NCBI GenBank assembly: GCA_020184695.1 | Contig: JAANOX010000149.1 | Coordinates: 124,001-188,000 of the forward strand | From: Histomonas meleagridis 2922-C6/04-290x | Lineage: Eukaryota > Protista > Parabasalia | Length of the DNA: 64,000 nt | Reading direction: 5' to 3' | In this document: piece by piece, positions 53,891 through 64,000 of the stretch | Layout: each line of letters starts with the position of its first letter | Numbering within the stretch: the stretch's first letter is position 1 | The notes under the pieces: model-generated | Told to the model about the DNA's origin: nothing | The model's database searches: none | The model's input: the letters and a program-made list of their open reading frames with translations, nothing else | Program-made: the position numbers and the translations under genes

Positions 53891-54743
53891 TGCAGTGTGA
53901 TGCAAGTGTGAACTTCATCTTGAAATTGAATGAACATCAAAAATTGAAAAGTTTATTCATGCACTTTTTTATAACCAAAGCTAAACCAAAAAATGTAAAG
54001 AATTTACAATTTTTTTTTAGTAATAACTGATAACTAAGGCTTGCATTTTAATATAAAATTCACAAACTGTATTCAATTTACTGTTTTAAAGGAATAACAA
54101 TCTTTTTCATTAATATCATTCTCTTTTTCTCTAATAGTATTTGAACTATATCTATATTTTTATAGTTTTCAGATATAAAAAAATGAAACGAACCACATAT
54201 TGTCTTACTTTGAACAGATTCAAATTTGATATTTTTAGTGATTTCAATTTTTTGAAAATTTTAGGAATTTGATAAGAAATACATTAAGTTCAACTACTGC
54301 TATTAAAGTTCTTATATCAAATTCTGAAAAATAGGTGTCTGCTTGCAAAAAGTTATTCAAAAAATTCGAAAAATTTGTAACGTTTTGGGCCGCCCCGTTC
54401 TTTGCAACATTTGAAGAAACAACCCAATTAAATTATTGTCACTTTTTATTTGCTAACAATAAAAAATAAGAAAAATCAACCAAAAAACATTTTTAATGAA
54501 AATAATAATAAACTCAATCTGAAGATCGAAGGAGTTAGTATATATTTGAGAATATTAGGACTAAAAGAAATCGTAGGAGAGAATTTTGCTTATAACTATA
54601 TTTGTGTTATATAATCTTCTCTTGAATTTGTGCCAAAACATAGAGACATAATATCACTTTTAATGAGAAGTAAATCAAATCACTGACCAAATATCTATTC
54701 AAAATAAATGTAAAGTTAAGAAATTTCATATCGGCAACCAAAA

Positions 54744-55394
54744 ATGGAATTGATTTCGTATACAGCAGTCGCAAGAGGCGGTATAATATTAGCAACTCAC
54801 TCAACAGATGGATCTGATTTTGAGCGAGATATTCAGAAGTTACTCGAATCTCCATTTGTTCGAAATGAACAAAGGAGAATGAACCATTTCATTTTTTCAT
54901 TTTATAAAGGTGCTTCTTTATCTTTTATTTGTGTTTCACCAGCAGAAGTCAATCGCCAAATACCACTTAAATACCTTGAAATACTATCAAATAAGTGGAA
55001 TCTTATTATTGGAGATAAGGGAAATACAGCTGGCCCACACTCTTTGACAAATCAAGCTAGAGAAATATTTGAAAAATCAATTATCCAAGCAACAGAGACA
55101 ATATCTAAGACAGAAAAAATCAAAAAAGATTTAGATCATACACAAAAAATCATTACAGATTCGTTACATATGGCTTTAGAGCGTGGGGATGATCTTCAGC
55201 ATTTGTCGACGCATACAGAAGACTTATTGGCTACTAGTGAAGATTTCATGAACCAGGCAAACAACCTAAAAAACAAAATGAGATGTGCACGTATAAAGTC
55301 AGTAATAATCAAAATAGTGTTGTTGATAGTTGTTGCATACATTTTAATATCTTTCTTTTGTGGTGGATTAAGGCTTAAAAAATGCTTAAAGTAA
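54744..55394 (+). CDS. Longin R-SNARE (VAMP7-like)
   Basis: ISYTAVARGGIILA longin fold, SNARE motif ALERGDDLQHL, C-terminal TM helix. Confidence 0.88.
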   Translation: MELISYTAVARGGIILATHSTDGSDFERDIQKLLESPFVRNEQRRMNHFIFSFYKGASLSFICVSPAEVNRQIPLKYLEILSNKWNLIIGDKGNTAGPHSLTNQAREIFEKSIIQATETISKTEKIKKDLDHTQKIITDSLHMALERGDDLQHLSTHTEDLLATSEDFMNQANNLKNKMRCARIKSVIIKIVLLIVVAYILISFFCGGLRLKKCLK

Positions 55395-55864
55395 AAAGTA
55401 CAGAATATAGCTTTAGACTTCAAGTGCAATATTTATTTTTGGTTATTGAAGAGGGAAAATAATTTGCATAAAAGAAACAAAACCGTTAAAAAATTGACAA
55501 ACGATAATTTTCGGTTTTAACTCTTTGCTAAGTTGCGTAAATTTATTTCTTTTTCTTTGTTTTTTACATGGCCAAAGTTTACAAGTTTTATATACTAAAA
55601 AAAATTATCTTGGCGTTTTGTTCAAATTTAAATTTGTAATGAAATAGGATCTTTATTTATCATCAGAAAAATATTTGTTACACAAAACATCAAAATTGAG
55701 GTTATTTATATGTGTAGATTTATAATTTCATTTGTTGAATAAGGAATTGAAAGTATTCGTTTTTGGGTTGCAATGCCGTAAACGTATTCGCCACTTTTTA
55801 AATAATGGACAACTTTTTTTAAACAATTTTGAGGTTTGTTTTAAAATTGAATTAATTATTCAAG

Positions 55865-56470
55865 ATGAGCATCGAAGGGAACGCTGTTAAATTGGTCCTC
55901 CTTGGGGATTCAGGTGTTGGAAAAACAAGTATTGTAACCCAATATGTTTCTGGTTCTGCTCCCGAAAATGTCAACCCAACAATCGGTGCTGCTTTCGTAA
56001 CAAAAGATGTAACAATCAACGACCAACAACTTGAACTTTTAATTTGGGATACAGCTGGACAAGAAGTTTACCGTGGATTAGCACCAATGTATTACCGAAG
56101 TGCTTTGATTGCAATCATAGTTTTTGATGTTACAAAAGCAGAAAGCTTTGACTCAGTCAGTTACTGGATCAGAGAACTCAAAACTAATGTTGAAGAAAAT
56201 ATAGTTATTCTTGTGTGCGGAAACAAGACGGATCTTGAAGATAAAAGAGTCATTGAATTCCAAAGTGCGAGCTCAATGGCTGCTGAAAACGGTGCACTTT
56301 ATGCCGAAACCAGTGCATCCACAGGCTCTGGTGTTGATAGAATGTTCCAAATGGCCATCAACAATTTATTACAGAACAAAGGCAATGTTATAAATGACGG
56401 CAAACCAAATGGTGGTGTTAATCTTAAAGATGATACAGGAGGCAAAGGCAAGAAAAAGTGCTGCAAATAA
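55865..56470 (+). CDS. Rab GTPase (Rab5/21-like)
   Basis: GDSGVGKTS, PTIGAAFVTK, WDTAGQEVY, GNKTD, ETSA, C-terminal CCK. Confidence 0.95.
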   Translation: MSIEGNAVKLVLLGDSGVGKTSIVTQYVSGSAPENVNPTIGAAFVTKDVTINDQQLELLIWDTAGQEVYRGLAPMYYRSALIAIIVFDVTKAESFDSVSYWIRELKTNVEENIVILVCGNKTDLEDKRVIEFQSASSMAAENGALYAETSASTGSGVDRMFQMAINNLLQNKGNVINDGKPNGGVNLKDDTGGKGKKKCCK

Positions 56471-56608
56471 ACAGAACTTGAAAACAGTTTTTTTGGGTTA
56501 AATTGAAAACAAACTAACGGTTTCTACACACAAATAATTATAAAAGTCATAGAATTTTTTCAATTGAAGACAACATCGAAAAAGTGTATCGTTTATGCAC
56601 GAAAAAAT

Positions 56609-57697
56609 ATGAACGAAGAAGAAGAAGAATATCATCCAAAGCCAACGTTATTTTTTCGTCCAAAGCTCAAAGAAAAGAAAGAAATGACAAGTTCAAAATC
56701 CACAAAGTTGGATAATGTTAATCCACCTGTTGATGAATATGAATCTGCATTAATTGAAAATCAACAATTAAAACAAATCCTTTCAGCACTAGAATCAGAA
56801 CAAAGTCAAAACATTGCAAAGCTTGAACAAGAATTAAAAGAGAAGCAAGCACGGAATGAAAAACAAAAAGCACAATTTGATCATCAAATTAAATTATTGA
56901 ATGAAAAAATTGCATTACAAGAAAACAAGATCAAGGAGCTTCAACAGGCCTCACTTTTATCAGATGATTCACAAGAAGAAATTAATATTGATACAAATAT
57001 TCAACTTTCGCAACTACAACAACAAAAACTTGACGAAGAAAAAAACATATCTGAACTTGGTTCATTGCTTATTGATTCACAACAACGTCTTAAAGACATT
57101 CGTGAAAAAGTCAAATCATTACCACAACACAAAAGCATAGAAAATGTCCAAATTTTCAAAACTCAATTAGAGCGCGAAGCCAAAAACAAAATTAATCACT
57201 ATCAAATTCAAATAACAGCGCTCGAAACTACTGAAAAAGAACTCAATGCAAAACTTCTTTCACTTATCGAAGAATCCGAAAAACTTCAAAAAGAAAACGT
57301 TTCGTTATTTATGCGATCACAACAACTCGAAAAGAGTGTAAACGTTGCGCGCAAAGATTGCTTCAAAATGAAGAAACAAATCGAAGAAAACGGTTTAATG
57401 GTAGATCTAGAGTTTGTGAAGACGAAAATCAAAAATGCCGAACAACAGAAGCAAAGCGAAATCAACAAAGTGAGGAAAATGTTACAAAATAAGTTGGAAG
57501 AAGTGAAAAAGCAAAATGAAGATCTTCAAAATGAGCTAAATGAAAGATGCTTAGTAATTGAAGAATTAAATAATAAAGTTAGTGAGTTGACACAGCAAGC
57601 GATTGATGCAAAGGAGTTTAGTAAGGGCGAAATTAGAAAATTGATGTTGAAACATAAGAAAGAAATAAAGGTGTTGACTCAAAAATTTCAAAATTAA
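56609..57697 (+). CDS. Hypothetical coiled-coil protein
   Basis: Long Q/E/K heptads; first ATG at 56609. Confidence 0.75.
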   Translation: MNEEEEEYHPKPTLFFRPKLKEKKEMTSSKSTKLDNVNPPVDEYESALIENQQLKQILSALESEQSQNIAKLEQELKEKQARNEKQKAQFDHQIKLLNEKIALQENKIKELQQASLLSDDSQEEINIDTNIQLSQLQQQKLDEEKNISELGSLLIDSQQRLKDIREKVKSLPQHKSIENVQIFKTQLEREAKNKINHYQIQITALETTEKELNAKLLSLIEESEKLQKENVSLFMRSQQLEKSVNVARKDCFKMKKQIEENGLMVDLEFVKTKIKNAEQQKQSEINKVRKMLQNKLEEVKKQNEDLQNELNERCLVIEELNNKVSELTQQAIDAKEFSKGEIRKLMLKHKKEIKVLTQKFQN

Positions 57698-57801
57698 TGG
57701 CGTGGATGGAAGAATCTACGTAGATGATATAAGGGATGCATTCGAATTTGGCGAACGAAATTTTTCGTTTTTGCAATCAAAAAACGTATTTTTTTGAATT
57801 G

Positions 57802-57823
57802 ATAACCGTATTCTGACGGTTAT
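57802..57823. promoter_or_regulatory. Inverted pair of M3-like (Myb-type) RCSGTT motifs
   Basis: ATAACCGT-N6-ACGGTTAT perfect inverted repeat, 24 nt upstream of the ATG at 57848. Confidence 0.5.
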
Positions 57824-57847
57824 TCGAATAGTTTCGCCCGTTTTGCA

Positions 57848-58813
57848 ATGGTGGAAATGAATCAAAACGAAACAATACCAGAAAGCGTTCTAAAATACAT
57901 ACGAACAAGATCAAATCGGAACGAATCATCTCGGTTTCCTCATAAGCTTTGGACTTTATTAAATTGGTCAGATAAAAATCAAAAACGTGGAGAACTTTGT
58001 GGATGTGGCTGGATAACAGACACTGAATTTTTTATCAAAAAGAGTAAACTCTGCGAAGTTCTCGAAATCAAAATTAATACTCTTAATGTCAATTTAAAAA
58101 CATTAGGATTTCATCCAACACGTTCTCGAACGGGAGATATCACATATTGGGAAAACAATGGATTTTCTAAGACCTCTTGTCCGCAAGACTTCGAACGTAT
58201 TCGCAATAGTCGTTGCAAGCCACTTGCTTTGAAAAATCTTTTAACATCTGCAGTTTATCTTCCACTTCTTGAACAACTCCAACTATTTATGATGGATCAG
58301 CCTTCCATTAATCTTTTTAAGAAGGAAGTTGTTCAAGTTTGGGAATCATTAGTTGGTCCCAAACTTATATTTGCAGTCGAACTCAATGACTTCCAAAAAG
58401 CATTGGTTGGGCGCTTTGAGAAGCTCGGCTTTTACCCTAGCAAATCATTATTTCCCCAAGTCCTCTCACCAAAACTTCCGAATGTAATTGACATTTTTGA
58501 CTTTGCGGTTTTTTTAGCTCGCTTTGGCCCATTTGAGCATGCCGTGATTAAGTTGTTCCAGTACCAAACAGTTCTAAATGAGATACGACCCGATTTTTTT
58601 ATGTTTAATACGCCATCGTTGACAAGTTATTTTTCGATGACATTTCACAACTGCTTTCGATTTCAGTTGGCACAGACGGGTGAATATCACTGCTATAACT
58701 TGCCAACGGTGAGTTCGACTTCCGGGTTTTTGGCTGATGAGGATGGCGCTATTTATCAATCTTGGAAATTAATGCTGCAACAAAATTATTTCCTGGCAAC
58801 ACAAAATGTATAA
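57848..58813 (+). CDS. IBP39-like initiator-binding protein (IBD winged helix plus C-domain)
   Basis: SRFPHKLWTLL, GCGWITDTEFFIKK, IKINTLNVNLKTLGF resemble the T. vaginalis IBP39 initiator-binding domain. Confidence 0.85.
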   Translation: MVEMNQNETIPESVLKYIRTRSNRNESSRFPHKLWTLLNWSDKNQKRGELCGCGWITDTEFFIKKSKLCEVLEIKINTLNVNLKTLGFHPTRSRTGDITYWENNGFSKTSCPQDFERIRNSRCKPLALKNLLTSAVYLPLLEQLQLFMMDQPSINLFKKEVVQVWESLVGPKLIFAVELNDFQKALVGRFEKLGFYPSKSLFPQVLSPKLPNVIDIFDFAVFLARFGPFEHAVIKLFQYQTVLNEIRPDFFMFNTPSLTSYFSMTFHNCFRFQLAQTGEYHCYNLPTVSSTSGFLADEDGAIYQSWKLMLQQNYFLATQNV

Positions 58814-59429
58814 ACTTGTTTGTTTTTTGCGATTTTTTTGTTTCATTTTAATGTTTTAAATAAATTGAGTTACAATTTTAATAATATGAACTAATTCATT
58901 TGGTTGTTGTGGAATAATATGGAATAATATTAATGAAATAAATTAATTTGTATTGCAAAAGCTTGTGCACTTTTTCGTAAAGTTGTTTTTAACGGTCATC
59001 TGGGGGTACCCCAACATCTTGCTTTTTTTTAAAACCCAAAAAATTATGGATAATGATATCACACAAGATCAAACAACAACTGCAACAAATTATTTAGAAA
59101 AGGAAAGTGAAAATGTTTCTCTGGAATCACTTCTTTCGCTTGAACATATAATATTTAATTAAATTAAGAACTGAAGAAAATCTTAATTCATCAATAACAA
59201 CAAACGCTAAAATTATTTGACACAAATTTCCCTCATTCATTTAATATTAATATAAGTAAATTAATTTATTTAGCTTTTGCATCACGAAATAACAAAAGTT
59301 CTGTTTATATTAATTTCATCTAATTAGCAAAATGATTGATCTAAATTTAGTTCATGAAGATCTTTTCTTTAAAAGGTGAGGTTTGAGTATTTGACATGAT
59401 TTTTTTTTATTGAATTCATTTTGGCATTA

Positions 59430-60488
59430 ATGATTGGTGGATGGGGAAAAGTTCCAAGTCAAGGAGCTTTCCAACAATCAGCCTCTCAAAAAACTTATCC
59501 TTGGATCCAAAACAAAGAAACTCATCATGATGATTTTATTTTAAAACTTCATACTGAGATACATGATTTTGCAAATTGGATTTCACCCACACCACAGGAA
59601 AAACATGCAAGATTATTAGTAGCCTATAAGCTCAGAATGTTAATATCTAGTCTGTGGCCAGATGCAAAAGTTTTATCGATTGGCTCAAGCGCTACTTTTA
59701 CAAACCTTCCAGATGGAGACATCGACATTTCTGTTCACAACGCACCAAATTACGGTTATATTCTGGAAGAATTGAATAATTATTTATCGTCTTGCAACTT
59801 TTTCATAGAATCGGAGGTTATTCCAGCGAGGTGCCCCATTATAAAAGGGGTAGAAAAACAATTTAAATTCAAAATCGATATTTCTGTGAATAATGAAAAT
59901 GGAGTCCTTAACATTAAGAGGACGAGAAGTTATTTTACAAAATATCCAACATTAGTTCCAACATTAATGGTTCTCAAATATTACATTTGCATGTATCATT
60001 TGGATGAGCCTTATACAGGTGGAATAAGCACAAATACACTTGTGCAAATGGTTATATTTTCTATTCAATCTACAAATGAAAAGGATCAATGGAATTGCGG
60101 AAATGTTATACTAAATTTTTTTGAAATATTTGGAAGAACATTTAATTATGTTACAACTGGTTTCTCGACACGTGAAGGGGGACGTACTTTCAGTAAAGTC
60201 AACAGATTTCTAATGAATTGGGAATCACCATTTACATTATGTGTTGAAGATCCTCAAGCTCCAGGAAACTTTCTTGGTGAAAATGCTCTTCAAGCTATTA
60301 ATCTCAGAAAAATATTTGACAAAGCTTATCAATCTCTTAAATTTAGAACCCAACAAAAAGATGAATCACTTCTTGGCAAAATCATTAACCCAAGCTCTCC
60401 TTTCTTTTCACAAATGGAATCAAGGAGAAATGAAATTAACAATTTGTACCATCGTTTTGTTGGGATAGAATCCGTTAAACTAACATAA
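59430..60488 (+). CDS. Non-canonical poly(A) polymerase, TRF4/PAP2 family
   Basis: GSSATFTNLPDGDIDI (GS plus DxD), ARCPIIK, KIDIS, EPYTGGIST, LCVEDPQAPGN; first ATG at 59430. Confidence 0.92.
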   Translation: MIGGWGKVPSQGAFQQSASQKTYPWIQNKETHHDDFILKLHTEIHDFANWISPTPQEKHARLLVAYKLRMLISSLWPDAKVLSIGSSATFTNLPDGDIDISVHNAPNYGYILEELNNYLSSCNFFIESEVIPARCPIIKGVEKQFKFKIDISVNNENGVLNIKRTRSYFTKYPTLVPTLMVLKYYICMYHLDEPYTGGISTNTLVQMVIFSIQSTNEKDQWNCGNVILNFFEIFGRTFNYVTTGFSTREGGRTFSKVNRFLMNWESPFTLCVEDPQAPGNFLGENALQAINLRKIFDKAYQSLKFRTQQKDESLLGKIINPSSPFFSQMESRRNEINNLYHRFVGIESVKLT

Positions 60489-60771
60489 TTGTACGATTAA
60501 AATCAATAGAATAACATCACTTTTTGTAAATAATTTAATAATTTTTATTTAAACGTTCGCCAAAACTTTACGAAAAATATTTTTGGGATAACGGTTATTG
60601 TAATAATTTGCTCAAAAATACAACGGTTCCACTGAAAAAATCGGTGTTAAATTCGCTTTTTGAATTTAAATTCTTTTATCGTTTTTTACAACGCGTTATC
60701 CGCTTTTCATTCAAAAAAAATTAAATTTCACATTAAAATACAGTTTATATTCTATTTGTTGGCGTCTATTT

Positions 60772-61818
60772 CTATGTATTAACATCTTTAAACCATTCGT
60801 GATTCAAAATCTGTTCGATTGTGTATCTTTTCTTTGGGTCTTTTTCAAGTATATGTGTTAATAGATCTTTCAGCTCAGATGAGATAGGGATTGTCTGTGG
60901 GTATACGAACTCATCGTTGATTATTCTCTGTGATATTTCGAAAAATTGCGAGAAAAAAATGTTTTCATCGTCAAAGTCGAAAAATGGTAATTTCCCATAT
61001 ATCATAACATACATTATCATGCCAAAAGCCCAAATATCTGCAGGCTTTCCAAGATAAGGAATCCCAAGGCACTCTTCTGGAGAGTAGAAAGCTGGCGTTC
61101 CATCTGTATCTTCAAGAAGCTCATTTTCATCTTCAAGGACAATAGACACCGAAAAGTCAGCAATGACCACACGACCATCAGAGAACTTAAGAATGTTATC
61201 TGGTTTAAGGTCTCGATGAATTATATTCATCGAATGAATACAATGAATACCTGAAGCAATCTGATGGAAAACATCTTTTGCTGTTTCTTCATCAAGAGGA
61301 TCTGCTTTATATGAATATTTTGATAAAGAACCAGCATCAGCAAACGGAATAATTAATGTTATTGAATTTGTGACATCATCTTCAAGAATTTCGATTAAAG
61401 ACAAACAATTCTTATCTTGAATTGATGACATAATTTGCGCTTCTCGCAGGAGTTTCTGTATAGGTTGTTCAGTATCACCAATTGATGTTCTAAACAAAAA
61501 GCCACGATCATAAACTTTGGCAGCAAAATTTTCTCCTGTTTCAGTATTTTTGACAAGAAAGACATCACTTGTAGCTCCATGTCCAATATGACGAACAAAC
61601 TCGTATTCAAAAATTGTTGGTTTAATTTCTGGGTTGAAAAATGATGGTACCGCTGCAATTCCTCCTGAGCTAGTAGAATTAATTGATGTGAAAACTTGTT
61701 CATTTGCTATTGAGAATTCGGATGTAATTGCGTCATGAGTTACAAAATTTACTTCATCAACTTCAGCTTTCTCAATTGGTGTTCTCACCTTTGAATTAGA
61801 TGAGCAGCATGTTCCCAT
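60772..61818 (-). CDS. CAMKK-like Ser/Thr kinase with an N-terminal acylation motif
   Basis: MGTCCS, IGHGATSDV, FAAK, HRDLKPDN, ADFSVS, GTPAFYSPE; ATG at 61818. Confidence 0.9.
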   Translation of the reverse strand: MGTCCSSNSKVRTPIEKAEVDEVNFVTHDAITSEFSIANEQVFTSINSTSSGGIAAVPSFFNPEIKPTIFEYEFVRHIGHGATSDVFLVKNTETGENFAAKVYDRGFLFRTSIGDTEQPIQKLLREAQIMSSIQDKNCLSLIEILEDDVTNSITLIIPFADAGSLSKYSYKADPLDEETAKDVFHQIASGIHCIHSMNIIHRDLKPDNILKFSDGRVVIADFSVSIVLEDENELLEDTDGTPAFYSPEECLGIPYLGKPADIWAFGMIMYVMIYGKLPFFDFDDENIFFSQFFEISQRIINDEFVYPQTIPISSELKDLLTHILEKDPKKRYTIEQILNHEWFKDVNT

Positions 61819-62322
61819 GTGAGATTTATTATCTGCGTTTGATGAAATCAAACAGACCCCTCAATTACCAAAATAACGAGTTTTTTGCCAAACTTTCAGA
61901 AGGAACTTCTCAAAAAGTAATTTGACACATTTAGAAAAAGTATGTGGTGATCATTATTGATACAATTGATTGGTGCACCCTATAAGGTGATCACCAGCGG
62001 CACCTTAGATAAATTTATATTCAATGCTGTTTTTTCAATCTTATGATCAGAATGCTCAAATTGGTTACTTTGACTTTATCATTTTGAAATTTTTATCGAA
62101 AATGATTTCTTGCTAAAATCATGAACTACATGTTATATCAAGTTATAGATGAAATTTATCATTTGTTAGTAATATAGGGGTTAAATCAAGTTAAATGTTA
62201 ATAAAGCTTAACATCAAGTTTCAAATAAATTTATCATGATTTAATCACATATTTATTTTTTAATATATATTCAATCTTTTTATTCATAATGTTTTGCTTT
62301 ATAACGATAGCTTATTGACATA

Positions 62323-63378
62323 TTAAATCTTTCTATTGTCCAGCAGTGAAAGTAGGTAACCGACCAAACCATTTGGAATTGATGTGCCGATAGCTTCGAA
62401 CGAAGTTCTCAATTCATCAAATTCGACTTTTTGATGTTCGAGGCAAATATTTCCAACGTTTAACTTTTCATAGATTTCACGTACCTTATCTATTTTCTCC
62501 TTTTCATTATGACCTATACTCGAGCGAAGTGTTTCACGCTGTTCTTCATTAGCAAGTTCCATTGCTTTTGCAAGTAACCAAGTACATTTTCCATCTTGAA
62601 TATCAGTCCCAACTTTTCCAAGTTTGGAATAATCACCATAGAGATCGAGATAATCATCTTGGCATTGGAAAAGGCACCCTGCCTTTATGAGAAGCTTTTT
62701 GAGCTGATCTGAATTCCATACATCTTTTGGAATCTTCTCTGAAAGACATAACCCAGAAACAAATGGCTGCCATATGGTATAGTATGATGTTTTGTTGGTG
62801 ACAGTGAGAAGCCAATTATCGAGTGTAGGTTCTTTTGCCTTGTTATCAATAAATTGTCCAATCGAAGTTAATATTGTGGTTTCATGAAGAAGTGATTTGA
62901 TAGAACGAATTGTATCTGGCTTAAAACCAGTAAGGTAATGTTCAATAATTACATAAATAACATTTTCAAGAAAATATGAATCTGAAACAGCAGTATACCC
63001 ATTGTTGTCTTTTGTATACCAGCTGGGCTTGCCACGTCTGAGAGGTGATTGATCCATCAAATCGTCAGCAACAAGGAAAGATGCTTGAAGAATTTCTTGT
63101 ACCCATCCAAGTGCATAAGCTGGCTTTGCTTCTTCTGAATTTGGATCGATTCCTGTTGCTTCTAAGAAACCATAAACGCTTAAAAGCCCTCTAATACATT
63201 TACCTCCATCTGTTGTATAGTTAACAAGTTCATGAAAATGATTAGAAAGCGGAAGGGTTGGCCACTTAACAACAATTGTGTCTATGTAATTAAGTAATTC
63301 TTCTTTAAAAGCAAAAAACTGTTCTTTTCCTTTCATTATTTCTGACTTTTTTTTTTCTGAACTTTTACAAAATGTCAT
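62323..63378 (-). CDS. Farnesyl diphosphate synthase (trans-prenyltransferase)
   Basis: GGKCIRG, FLVADDLMDQSPLRRGKPSWY, KTSYY, FQCQDDYLD, GTDIQDGKCTW. Confidence 0.95.
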   Translation of the reverse strand: MTFCKSSEKKKSEIMKGKEQFFAFKEELLNYIDTIVVKWPTLPLSNHFHELVNYTTDGGKCIRGLLSVYGFLEATGIDPNSEEAKPAYALGWVQEILQASFLVADDLMDQSPLRRGKPSWYTKDNNGYTAVSDSYFLENVIYVIIEHYLTGFKPDTIRSIKSLLHETTILTSIGQFIDNKAKEPTLDNWLLTVTNKTSYYTIWQPFVSGLCLSEKIPKDVWNSDQLKKLLIKAGCLFQCQDDYLDLYGDYSKLGKVGTDIQDGKCTWLLAKAMELANEEQRETLRSSIGHNEKEKIDKVREIYEKLNVGNICLEHQKVEFDELRTSFEAIGTSIPNGLVGYLLSLLDNRKI

Positions 63379-63444
63379 TTTGTTTTGAGACCGTTAATTT
63401 GATGATCAAATTTCTCAGACTTTGTTCGAATACACATTTTACAA

Positions 63445-63816
63445 ATGAGTTTCAGACATATTCACCCAAATGAAACAGGCTATTATATTGCCATTATTGG
63501 TGATGAAGATACAGTAACAGGATTCCTTCTTACAGGCATTGGTCAAATGGAACAAGATGGAACATCAAATTTCTTAGTCGTTCGTCCGAAAACACAACTT
63601 GAAGAAATAGAAAAGGCTTTCAATACTTTCACTGAGCGTGATGATGTTGCTATTCTTCTTATTAATCAACACATTGCAAATGATATTCGTCCATTAATCG
63701 AAAGATATGACAAACCACTCCCATCAATTTTAGAAATCCCAAGTAAGGATCACCCATACAAGCCCGAAGATGACACAGTATTTAAGCGTGTTTCAGCTTT
63801 GCTCGGGTTGGCATAA
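63445..63816 (+). CDS. V-type ATPase subunit F
   Basis: IAIIGDEDTVTGFLLTGIG, DVAILLINQHIA, PSILEIPSKDHPY. Confidence 0.96.
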   Translation: MSFRHIHPNETGYYIAIIGDEDTVTGFLLTGIGQMEQDGTSNFLVVRPKTQLEEIEKAFNTFTERDDVAILLINQHIANDIRPLIERYDKPLPSILEIPSKDHPYKPEDDTVFKRVSALLGLA

Positions 63817-64000
63817 AAGTTGATTTCAATAAATTTTCACTTTATCGAATTTCTTTTTAAAGTTGTCTAACATCCTTTCCATTCTGAAAATTAAAAATTT
63901 GATCAAAAAAATTTATTCTTTATTTAAAATTAAATATTAATCTGATTTAATTTTTATAAGAAGAAGCTTCCTTAAAAGGTGATCACTCTATATGGAGGAT

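Larger units (their letters stand above)
58..59837. repeat. Dispersed palindrome GGGGYRCCCC
   Basis: Perfect at 2115, 4773, 9492, 20571, 27971, 48108 and 59003; one mismatch at 58, 26071, 27983, 28090, 31269 and 59828. Confidence 0.9.

Noticed and set aside
61972-62007. GGTGCACCCT, GGTGATCACC and a TAAGGTG/CACCTTA hairpin; GTGATCAC also at 26021 and 63979
   Set aside because: Short motifs with too few copies to separate from chance; one copy abuts an Inr-like sequence.

Overview
AT-rich, gene-dense, intron-poor eukaryotic DNA from a parabasalid (trichomonad) protist. Support: a hydrogenosomal succinyl-CoA synthetase beta with an MLSTSFSRK-type presequence, an IBP39-like initiator-binding protein, a BspA surface protein and TCAYTT initiator elements. 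The window holds about 35 protein genes (STI1/HOP, beta-adaptin, acyl-CoA synthetase, serpin, RPS23, H2A/H2B, MOB1, Rab, longin SNARE, Swi5, TRF4, FPPS, V-ATPase F and others), one tRNA-Gly(TCC) and a Tc1-like MITE. Two things stand out. (1) An ankyrin gene (20642-24087) has 14 intact ankyrin modules, each preceded by an AT-rich spacer. Nine spacers are exactly 80 nt and break the frame. They share no GT..AG boundaries, and 10 of the 14 carry TGGAA exactly 24 nt before the next module, which suggests non-canonical intervening sequences or a cassette array. (2) A GC-rich palindrome, GGGGYRCCCC, recurs 7 times perfectly and 6 more times with one mismatch, in upstream regions and inside coding sequence. 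There are also several pseudoenzymes (kinase, kexin-like protease, Rho) and several genes broken by single indels or a single stop. All homology calls come from motif recognition by eye; no database searches were run.
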